DNA of 48,481 nt from Lachnospiraceae bacterium (GTDB lineage Bacteria; Bacillota_I; Bacilli_A; RFN20; CAG-826), in the NCBI GenBank assembly GCA_963660725.1, contig CAVKZU010000108.1, positions 1 to 48,481 of the forward strand, given 5' to 3'. The position numbers and the translations under genes are program-made. How positions within the stretch are numbered: position 1 is the stretch's first letter; each line of letters starts with the position of its first letter. The notes beneath the pieces were generated by a model. That model saw nothing but the letters and a program-made list of their open reading frames with translations, did no database searches and was not told where the DNA came from. Below are positions 28,406 through 36,309 of the stretch, piece by piece.

Positions 28406-30049
28406 TGATTAATACTCCATTTTTCATTTTATAAATTTTACTACAAATTGATAAAGTTGATTTTCTATGACTTACTAAAACAATTGTTTTAGTATTTTTT
28501 ATTTCTTGCAAACTATTTAAAATAATAGATTCATTAATAATATCAACGTTACTAGTAGGTTCATCTAGCAAGATTAAATTTGCATCAGATAAAAAAGCTC
28601 TTGCAAGTCCAATTCTTTGTTTTTCGCCTGCACTAATTCTATCACCTAATAAACCAACTCGTGTATTTATTCCATTTTCTAAAGAGTTAATTAAATCATA
28701 AATATGTGCATTTTTACATGCGATTTCTATTTCTTCTTTAGTTGCATCTGGTTTTGCAATTAATAAATTATTTAATATAGTATCATCAAATAAGTATGTA
28801 TCTTGAGATACTAAAACAATATTGTTATGTAAAGAAGTTGAATTTATATCTTTTATATCAAATTGATCATTGAAAGTGATTGATCCAGAGTTTATATCAT
28901 AAAATCTTAAAATTAATTTTAATAACGTGGATTTTCCACTTCCTGAATCTCCTTCGATACCAATGATTTCATTTTTATTAATTTTTAAAGAAACATTATT
29001 TAAAACTTGTTGATTATTGTATGAAAAAGAAATGTTAGAAAGTTTTAATGAATTAAAATTAAAGTTATTTTTATAGATTATATGCGTTTAAAAGAATCAA
29101 TCAAAAATGTTTGAGTTAAATTTGATGGTAAAGATCCAAGAGCTAAAATTGGACCAAATGAGGAAGAAATTAAAACAATTGAGAAAATTAAATTAGGTAA
29201 TTTTATTTGATTAATGCTTAATAGATAAACTCCTAAAAATAAGCAAGCAAAAGTAGTTAAAGATACTAATAAAATGTTAATTGCACTTGCAATACTAGAT
29301 TTAGTTTTAATATCTTTACTTAATTTATTTAATTCTTTTGAATTATTATTTATTTTTTCGCTTCTTTCTTTTTGATTATTATTTAATAAAACATCTTTAA
29401 TTCCACTTAATGAATCGAGATAATAACTTGAAAATTTACCTAATTTATTACGGTAATATGCACCACTTTTCTTTAAAAAATGTGAAGATACAAAAGGAAT
29501 AACAATTCCAATTAAAATATAACCTAATAAGGTAATTAATGTGAAAGAATAATTTCCAAATATTGAAAGTAAAACTAGGACTGTAATACTTGATAAAAGT
29601 GCTATGCCAATTGGAGAAATTGTATGAGCATAAAATACTTCTAGAGTCTCGATATCACTAGTTAACATACTTAAAATATTACCTTTTTCTTTTGATTCGA
29701 GTTTTGCAGGAGATAATTTTCTTAAAGTATGAAATATTTTTTGCCTTAAAGATGCAAGTAATTTAAATGCTATATAATGATTTGAATACTGTTCTATAAA
29801 TCTAAACAATCCTCTTAAAATACCTGAACATATTGTTAGTGTAATTAAAATATTTAAATCTATATTGATAAAATTTGGATCAATTAATTTACAAACTCCT
29901 AGTGATCCGAAAACCATAACAGACATTGCAAGTGCGTTACCTAAATATCCGAAAAGTATTGCAAATATAATTAAAAAAGATAATTTTCCTAGTAAAGTTA
30001 CTAATTTATACATAATTAGTAAGCCGTTTCTTCTTATTTTTTGTTGCAT
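28395..30049 (-). pseudogene. CydC-like ABC exporter (TMD-NBD half-transporter) interrupted by a frameshift
   Basis: The TMD frame 29078-30049 (323 aa, 6 TM) ends FKRI-TAA. The NBD frame 28395-29087 is open for 230 codons with no usable start. I checked it codon by codon. It carries GDSGSGKST, VSQDTYLF, ISAGEKQRIGLARAF, ILLDEPTS and VSHR. The two frames overlap by only 10 nt, so a -1/+2 shift is needed there. Confidence 0.8.
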
Positions 30050-30052
30050 AAA

Positions 30053-31798
30053 TTATTTAACCTCCTTAATCTTTTCTAATGATTCTTGCTTAACTTTTAA
30101 TTCTTTAAAAATACCATTTTTATTAATTAATTCTTCATTTGTACCTTCTTCAACAATTGTTCCGTTTTTTAATACATAAATATAATCGCTGAAATATACA
30201 TTTGCGAGTCTATGAGAAATCATAAAAACAGTTTTAGTTTTAGATAACTCTTTAACATTATTCATTATGATTTCTTCGCTTTCTTTATCAATATTACTTG
30301 TTGCTTCATCTAAAAAATAAATGTCTTTATTAGATGCTAAAGCGATTGCAAATGCTAATCTTTGTCTTTCTCCACCAGATAAATTTTGTGCATTTTCTTC
30401 GATTAAATAATCAAGATTTTCTTTTTTTGAAATTATATTTTCTAAATGAACTTTCTTTAAATAATTTAATATTTCTTCATCGGTGATTTGCTTATTAGCT
30501 AATAAGAAATTATTTCGAATAGTATCGTGGAAAATAAAAGTATCATAACTAATTATTGAGATATGTTTTAATAAAGAATCCCTAGATAAAGTATTTAATT
30601 CTTTATTTCCATAACGAATAGAGCCCTCATAGCCTTGTTTAAAACCACTTAAAAGTGAAATTAAAGTAGATTTTCCACTTCCTGATTCTCCTACAATACT
30701 TGTTAAAGAATGGGAATTAATGTTCAAATTTATATTTTTTAAAACATATTCGTTTGAGTCTTGATATTTAAATGATAAATTTGAAATTTTAATTGTATCA
30801 CTATCAACTTTCTCTTTGCCCCAAGTTGGTTCTTTTAAAGATAATAATTTTAAAATTTTTCTTCCTGCAGTTGCTCCATTCATTGAAATGTGGAATGCAC
30901 TTCCAAGTTGTCTTAAAGGTAAGAAGAAATCTACACCTGTTAAAACTAAAAATAAAACTAATGTAGGGATAGAAAAAGGTAAAAATGTAATTTGAGAAGT
31001 TGTTGCTAATGCAATTGAAATACCAATTCCTGCTCCTCCGTATGCAACAAGATCCATAATTGTTGTTGAAGCAAGTTGCATTGTTAAGACTTTCATTGTA
31101 ATTTTTCTAAAAGATTCTGCCTCATCAACCATTTTTTTCTCATACATTTCATCTGCATTAAAGATTTTTAATTCTTTCATTCCAGAAATATTATCTAAAA
31201 AAGCATCTCCCATATGAGTATATTCATCCCAATATTTTGCAAATATTTTTTTAGCGTATTTACTAACTGCAATAATAGAAATAGGGATTAATGGGACAGC
31301 TATTATTAATGCAATTGCACTATAAAGATTGATGAAACAATATATTATGAATAAAAATATAGGAGAAATCATCGCAAAAAAGAATTGTGGTAAATATTCT
31401 GAATAATAAAGATCTAATTGTTCAACACCTTCGATAGAAACCTGAGTTAAACTAGCAAGTGATAAATCTTCGTTTTTTCTATTACCAAGAATCATGACTT
31501 TGTTAAAAATTTCATTTCTTAAATGTTCTTTGGATTTTTCACCAAGTATCGCTTTACATTTTCCTATTAAAATATAAGCAAGAAAACGGAATATCAATAT
31601 AAGAATTGAGATAATTAGTGGAATATAATAAAGTGCAAAAGTTATATTATTCTTATTTTGCAAAGAAATCTCAATAACATAACAAATAGTAAAAGCAATT
31701 CCTAAATTTAAAATCAAAGTAAATATATTTAAAAATATTAAATAATATAAGTATTTTTTATCTTTTCCAAGTAATTTAATTAAATTTTTATCAATCAT
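30053..31798 (-). CDS. CydD-like ABC exporter (TMD-NBD half-transporter)
   Basis: 581 aa with a 6-TM N-terminal domain. NBD motifs: GESGSGKST, LSGGERQRLAFAIAL, YFLDEATS, ISHR. Its stop lies 3 nt before the start of the CydC-like gene. Confidence 0.85.
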   Translation of the reverse strand: MIDKNLIKLLGKDKKYLYYLIFLNIFTLILNLGIAFTICYVIEISLQNKNNITFALYYIPLIISILILIFRFLAYILIGKCKAILGEKSKEHLRNEIFNKVMILGNRKNEDLSLASLTQVSIEGVEQLDLYYSEYLPQFFFAMISPIFLFIIYCFINLYSAIALIIAVPLIPISIIAVSKYAKKIFAKYWDEYTHMGDAFLDNISGMKELKIFNADEMYEKKMVDEAESFRKITMKVLTMQLASTTIMDLVAYGGAGIGISIALATTSQITFLPFSIPTLVLFLVLTGVDFFLPLRQLGSAFHISMNGATAGRKILKLLSLKEPTWGKEKVDSDTIKISNLSFKYQDSNEYVLKNINLNINSHSLTSIVGESGSGKSTLISLLSGFKQGYEGSIRYGNKELNTLSRDSLLKHISIISYDTFIFHDTIRNNFLLANKQITDEEILNYLKKVHLENIISKKENLDYLIEENAQNLSGGERQRLAFAIALASNKDIYFLDEATSNIDKESEEIIMNNVKELSKTKTVFMISHRLANVYFSDYIYVLKNGTIVEEGTNEELINKNGIFKELKVKQESLEKIKEVK

Positions 31799-31883
31799 TT
31801 TATAACCTCAGTAAATTAAAATTTAAGCGATAAAATAATATATTAAAGATGGTAAAAATGCAAAGATTTTATATTTAAAATAA

Positions 31884-31899
31884 ATTTTCACGTGAAAAT
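31884..31899. promoter_or_regulatory. 16-bp perfect palindrome ATTTTCACGTGAAAAT in a divergent promoter region (candidate operator)
   Basis: The sequence is exactly self-complementary. It lies 86-101 nt upstream of the CydD-like ATG (minus strand) and ~63 nt upstream of the DMT transporter ATG (plus strand). Confidence 0.4.
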
Positions 31900-31961
31900 A
31901 TTTATTGATTTTTTTTCTTATTTTGAAGAATTTTCTATATTTTTTTGCTATAATTTTTCCT

Positions 31962-32867
31962 ATGAATTTTAAGAATAATTTTAAGAACATTTCTGTAGTT
32001 TTAATAGCAGCATTGATTTATTCATTTAGTGTTCCTTTCATTTCAATGTTTTCATCAACAGTTCCAACTTTTTTAAAGACTTCTTCCCTTTATTTTGGGG
32101 CAGTTGTTGCGATGTGCATTATTTTGATTATTGAACGTTTTACAAAAAAAGACAAAGAAAAATTAAAAATCACAAAAAAAGAAATTCCAATGCTAATTGC
32201 TATTTGTTTAACTGATATTTTAGCAAGTATTTCATTAATGTATGGTTTGAATAAAGTTGCTGGAGATACTGCGAGTTTATTATTATCGCTTCAAACAGTT
32301 TTAACTTTCGTATTTGCAATTATACTTTTTAAGGAAAAAATTGGAATCTTTGGCTGGTTTGGATTAGTTTTTATTTTTATAGCATGTATTCTAACATCAG
32401 TAAATGAAAATGGATTTAATTTTTCAATAGATTTAATTTTTATTATTATCCCCTGCATTTTATGGGCAATTCAAAATAATTTAAACAAAAAAATAAATTG
32501 TGATGCAAAACAGGTTACTCTTTTTAAAAGTTTATCGACTGGGATTGTAACGTTAATTTTAAGTTTATGTTTTGGAGAAATTAATAATATTGGAAATTAT
32601 TCTCACATTTTTTATTTGTTTGTCGTTGGTTTTTTCTGTTATGGAATTGCTATTTATTTATTAGTTAGAATTTCGAAAAGTATGGGAGCAGGTATCGCAT
32701 CTTGTTATTTTGGAATAAATCCAGTTTTAGGTGCATTACTTTCTATATTGATCTGCAATGATAAACCATATTTTACTTTATATATTTCAATAGGATTTGT
32801 TTTATTAGGAGTAATATTTTGTACAATTAACGAAATTAGAAATGCAAAAGGAAATACTAAGCTTTAA
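31962..32867 (+). CDS. DMT-superfamily (EamA-like) transporter
   Basis: About 10 TM segments in two EamA-like halves. I chose the ATG at 31962 (MNFKNNFKN). The track's TTG at 31905 adds an unlikely hydrophobic leader. The start is uncertain because no SD is present. Confidence 0.65.
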   Translation: MNFKNNFKNISVVLIAALIYSFSVPFISMFSSTVPTFLKTSSLYFGAVVAMCIILIIERFTKKDKEKLKITKKEIPMLIAICLTDILASISLMYGLNKVAGDTASLLLSLQTVLTFVFAIILFKEKIGIFGWFGLVFIFIACILTSVNENGFNFSIDLIFIIIPCILWAIQNNLNKKINCDAKQVTLFKSLSTGIVTLILSLCFGEINNIGNYSHIFYLFVVGFFCYGIAIYLLVRISKSMGAGIASCYFGINPVLGALLSILICNDKPYFTLYISIGFVLLGVIFCTINEIRNAKGNTKL

Positions 32868-32964
32868 GTTTAGTATTTTTTTATCGATGTTTTTCAAAAT
32901 ACATTTAATTAAACTTGTTTAAAAATAAATAGAGTTTAAAATAAAGAAGTTAGGAGTGAGTAAC

Positions 32965-34368
32965 ATGGAAAAAGTTATTACAGAAAGTTTATTAAAAGAA
33001 TATAGTGATGAATTTAAAAAATGTCCTGAAGACAAAATTATTGCTAATGCGATAAGAAAAAATGGAGTTTTTAATGTTGCATTTAATAGTGATGCATTAA
33101 AAGATTTAAAACCAAATTTCAATATCGAAGTTAAAGATTGTGGTTGTATAACTAATCAAAAACAAAGTGGAAGATGTTGGATGTTTGCAGGTTTAAATGT
33201 CTTAAGAAAGGTTTTAATTAAAAATTTAAAAGTTGATGATTGTGAATTATCTGAATCATATTTAATGTTTTATGATAAATTAGAAAAATCAAATTCAATG
33301 TTAGAAGAAGTAATTGAACATATTGATGAAAAAGATAACTCAAGATTATTAGATTCCATTACATTAGGTCTTGGTGGTGATAATGATGGAGGATACTGGA
33401 ATTATTTTGTTAATTTAGTTAAAAAATATGGTGTTTGTCCAAAAGATGTTATGGGAGAAAGTGTATCTTCATCATCAAGTGGAGAGATGGATTATCTTTT
33501 AAATGTTTTATTAAACAAAGATGTCGCTACATTAAGACATGAATACGAAGTTTCAAAAGATATTGAAAAACTTAGAGAATTAAAAGCTGATATGCTTAAA
33601 GATATTTATAAAGTATTAGCAATGTGTCTTGGAGAACCAGTTAAAGAATTTGACTATACTTTTAAAGCTAAAGAAGATAAAAAAGAAGATAAAAATGAAG
33701 AAAACAAAAAGGATGAAAAAGTAGAAGAAAAGAAAGAATCTTCAGTGAATGAATTAAAAGTAATTCATAAAACTCCTTTAGAATTCTTTAAAGAATTTAT
33801 TGGAGTAGAGTTAGATGAATACGTTTCTTTAGTTAATTGGCCTTTAAAGTCATTAAATGAATATACACCTTATTCATGTAAATTTATTAATAATGTTAAA
33901 GGAACAAGCGATTGTGTTTTCTTAAATTTACCAATTGAAGAACTTAAAGAAAGTGCTATTAAGTCATTAAAAGATTCTGAACTTTGCTGGTTTGCTTGTG
34001 ATGTTAGCAGTAGTTCTTTAAGAAGGGATGGTTATTTATCAACAGAAATGTTACCTTTAGATGAAGTTTTTAAAATTAAATTTGGCTTTGATAAAGGAGA
34101 TCGTTTAATGTTAAGAGCATCTTCATGCAATCATGCTATGACTTTAAGTGGTGTAAATTTAGATAAGAACGAAAAACCAACTATTTGGAAAGTTACTAAT
34201 TCATGGGGGAAAGATTTAGGTTTTGATGGTATTTATATCATGAGTGATAAATGGTTTGATGAATACGTTTATGAAGTTGTTTGCAAAAAATCACAATTAT
34301 CTGAAAAAGCAAAAGAAGCTTTATCTAAAACACCTGTTGAACTTGAACCTTGGTCACCTGTTTTATAA
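32965..34368 (+). CDS. pepC: Aminopeptidase C (C1-family bleomycin-hydrolase-like cysteine peptidase)
   Basis: QKQSGRCWMFAGLN (catalytic Cys), CNHAMTLSG (His), VTNSWG (Asn). The ATG at 32965 follows TAGGAGTG. It contains a K/E-rich insert. Confidence 0.9.
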   Translation: MEKVITESLLKEYSDEFKKCPEDKIIANAIRKNGVFNVAFNSDALKDLKPNFNIEVKDCGCITNQKQSGRCWMFAGLNVLRKVLIKNLKVDDCELSESYLMFYDKLEKSNSMLEEVIEHIDEKDNSRLLDSITLGLGGDNDGGYWNYFVNLVKKYGVCPKDVMGESVSSSSSGEMDYLLNVLLNKDVATLRHEYEVSKDIEKLRELKADMLKDIYKVLAMCLGEPVKEFDYTFKAKEDKKEDKNEENKKDEKVEEKKESSVNELKVIHKTPLEFFKEFIGVELDEYVSLVNWPLKSLNEYTPYSCKFINNVKGTSDCVFLNLPIEELKESAIKSLKDSELCWFACDVSSSSLRRDGYLSTEMLPLDEVFKIKFGFDKGDRLMLRASSCNHAMTLSGVNLDKNEKPTIWKVTNSWGKDLGFDGIYIMSDKWFDEYVYEVVCKKSQLSEKAKEALSKTPVELEPWSPVL

Positions 34369-34380
34369 TTAATATTTATT

Positions 34381-34408
34381 AAGTTGCATAAAAAAGTGCA
34401 ACTTTTTT
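34381..34408. terminator. Bidirectional rho-independent terminator
   Basis: Stem AAGTTGCA / TGCAACTT followed by a T-run. It sits between the convergent pepC and HEPN-like genes. Confidence 0.7.
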
Positions 34409-34727
34409 AATCTAAAAAGTTTGAATAAATTGGGATAAGCTCAGTCGCATATCTATAAATATCTTTATAATTTTTATTATCAAAATCTTTATTTATTATG
34501 TTTTTGAGTTGTTTAATTTGAGTTTCAATTTTTCTTTGTTCAATGTAATTTACATCAATAGGAATGAAACTAGCAATTTCAGATATTCTTAATAATAAAT
34601 AGGTTGTGGATATAATTGTTTGATGATCTTCTAAAAAAGAAGTGTAAGTTATATTGTGTAAATATTCATTTAATGTATTTACATATGTTGAAAGTAATTG
34701 TTTATAATTTAAAAAAACATCATTCAT
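34407..34727 (-). CDS. HEPN/DUF86 (HepT-like) protein with substitutions in the R-x4-H motif
   Basis: 106 aa. LKNIINKDFDNKNYKDIYRYATELIPIY aligns by eye with the HepT motif LRNIAVHDYQELNLDIV. R, H and Y are replaced by K, K and F. Its start overlaps the upstream gene by 8 nt (ATGAATGA). Confidence 0.55.
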   Translation of the reverse strand: MNDVFLNYKQLLSTYVNTLNEYLHNITYTSFLEDHQTIISTTYLLLRISEIASFIPIDVNYIEQRKIETQIKQLKNIINKDFDNKNYKDIYRYATELIPIYSNFLD

Positions 34728-35205
34728 AAATTCTAACCCCCTTTGACAATGTTTGTGATAAGAGTTCTTTATCTTTCAATAAAGATTCAAAATTAATTAT
34801 TGTTATTTCCTTATATAAAGTATTTTTTAATTCCTCATTTAATTCTTTTAATTTTGAAGTATTAAAATCATTCATACCTATAATAAAATCTATTGAACTA
34901 GATGATGAAGGGACACCAAAAGTATAATCTCCAACAAGTATTACAAAATCAATATTAAATTTAATAAATATAGACTTAGATATTTCTTTAATTTGATATA
35001 TTTCATAAATACCATGAATTTTTGTAAAACGATCATACTCTTTAAGTTTTTGCATAATAGCATCATATTTTAGTGAATCTTTCTTTTTCTCTAAATTTTC
35101 ATAATCTTGATAAGTTCTTAAAGGAATGCCACATAAATCTGCAGCTTCTTTTTGAGTTAAATTCTTCTTTTTTCTTATATTTTTAATATCTTCATTATTT
35201 TCCAT
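34720..35205 (-). CDS. XRE-HTH fused to a minimal nucleotidyltransferase (MntA-like) domain
   Basis: The N-terminus NLTQKEAADLCGIPLRTYQDYE is an XRE HTH. The C-terminal part FVILVGDYTFGVPSSSSSIDFIIG...LSKGVRIYE follows the MNT pattern LFGSxxRGxxxxxSDxDLLV...eGv.iY, but with GS replaced by GD and the first Asp of DxD replaced by Ser. I chose the ATG at 35205. The track's start at 35286 would read through the AT-rich inverted-repeat region. Confidence 0.6.
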   Translation of the reverse strand: MENNEDIKNIRKKKNLTQKEAADLCGIPLRTYQDYENLEKKKDSLKYDAIMQKLKEYDRFTKIHGIYEIYQIKEISKSIFIKFNIDFVILVGDYTFGVPSSSSSIDFIIGMNDFNTSKLKELNEELKNTLYKEITIINFESLLKDKELLSQTLSKGVRIYE

Positions 35206-35221
35206 GGAATAATTATAAAAT

Positions 35222-35259
35222 AAAAATTGCGTATTGTAAATATTTATTACGCAATTTTT
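35222..35259. promoter_or_regulatory. 12-bp perfect inverted repeat (candidate operator for the HTH-MNT protein and/or pcp terminator)
   Basis: AAAAATTGCGTA, a 14-nt spacer, then TACGCAATTTTT. It lies between the pcp stop (35287) and the HTH-MNT ATG (35205). On the minus strand it is followed by a T-rich tract and TATAAT. Confidence 0.5.
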
Positions 35260-35286
35260 GCATATTGTGTTATAATAAATATGCAA

Positions 35287-35841
35287 CTAATCTTTTATTA
35301 AAAATTCAAGTAATTTATTAATGGAGTTTTGCATTTGTTTTAATTTTTCTTCTTTATTAGATACATGAATAAAAATACATTTAATATTTTTATTTTTAGT
35401 GTATGAAAGAGTTTGAAAGTATGTGGAATTACAAATATAAGTTCCAGCAGATGTGGATAAATTAGCATTAAAAATTCTTGAAGTTTCTTCTATTTTTGAT
35501 AAAGGAAAGGTTGAATATAAAGTATTTTCTTCGTTTTCAATTATTATTTCATTATCTTTAGTAATTCCTTTATTATCTTTAGTTTTGCTGTTCATTATAT
35601 TATGAGCTTCTTTTTCTAAAGTAAAATTTGAATCATAAGGAGCTTCTCCAAATAAAATGATTGTATCAGGGTTAAATGAATCTATATTTTCTTTTAATTT
35701 ATCAAAAGAATGAATAAATTCTACTGGTAATTTAAGTTTTAGTATTTCTTTATTATTTAAAGATACTTCATCAAGTACTAAAGAAGAATTATTAAGACTT
35801 CTTCCATTAAAAGGTTCAAATGCAGTTAATATAATTTTCAT
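35287..35841 (-). CDS. pcp: Pyroglutamyl (pyrrolidone-carboxylate) peptidase I
   Basis: MKIILTAFEPFNG start, with the Glu in LEKEAHN, the catalytic Cys in SAGTYICN and the His in CIFIHV. Confidence 0.88.
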   Translation of the reverse strand: MKIILTAFEPFNGRSLNNSSLVLDEVSLNNKEILKLKLPVEFIHSFDKLKENIDSFNPDTIILFGEAPYDSNFTLEKEAHNIMNSKTKDNKGITKDNEIIIENEENTLYSTFPLSKIEETSRIFNANLSTSAGTYICNSTYFQTLSYTKNKNIKCIFIHVSNKEEKLKQMQNSINKLLEFLIKD

Positions 35842-35885
35842 ATTTATATTATAGTTAAGTAAAAATTAAAATAAAGTTTCAAATA

Positions 35886-35914
35886 TTGACTTTACAATTT
35901 TAAAGGCATTTAAT
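35886..35914 (+). promoter_or_regulatory. Sigma-70-type promoter of the atp operon
   Basis: TTGACT, a 17-nt spacer, then TTTAAT(AT). Its position argues against the ATG at 35917 as the atpI start. Confidence 0.5.
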
Positions 35915-35931
35915 ATATGCGGTATTTTTAT

Positions 35932-36303
35932 ATGAAGAGATATTTAAAAGGTTTTATAACATATTCTATTATTTTAGTAATTTTTGCAATTGTAGGGGTT
36001 GTATTTTTATGTGCATTTAATAATTACATTGTAATTTCTTTGCTTGGCGTTAATTTTGTATTCTCATTTTTAATTTATTTTTCTTTAGTATATCTTTATT
36101 ATGGATTTGAAGATCAAAATAAATATAAAAAGGCGATGTTTATTTCAATGGGTGCAAGATTTTTATCAATTATATTAGCACTTGGACTTTCTATTTTATT
36201 TATGGTACTTACTAATAATATGGTAAAACCTAATATTTATTATATATTTATGTCTCCAACGATTTTACTTGTTGGATATTTATTAGGAAATTTAGTGAGG
36301 TAA
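35932..36303 (+). CDS. atpI: ATP synthase protein I-like small membrane protein
   Basis: Hydrophobic ~123-aa protein with 4 TM segments, directly upstream of atpB. The start may be 35932 or 35917. Confidence 0.6.
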   Translation: MKRYLKGFITYSIILVIFAIVGVVFLCAFNNYIVISLLGVNFVFSFLIYFSLVYLYYGFEDQNKYKKAMFISMGARFLSIILALGLSILFMVLTNNMVKPNIYYIFMSPTILLVGYLLGNLVR

Positions 36304-36309
36304 TAAGTT

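Noticed and set aside
29078-29090. Programmed -1 ribosomal frameshifting as the explanation for the split CydC-like gene.
   Set aside because: The 10-nt window where the shift must occur (minus strand AAACGCATATAA) has no X-XXY-YYZ slippery heptamer in the correct phase. The nearby TTTAAAC is out of phase and leads into a stop codon. I saw no obvious downstream stimulatory structure. A mutation or a sequencing error is more parsimonious.
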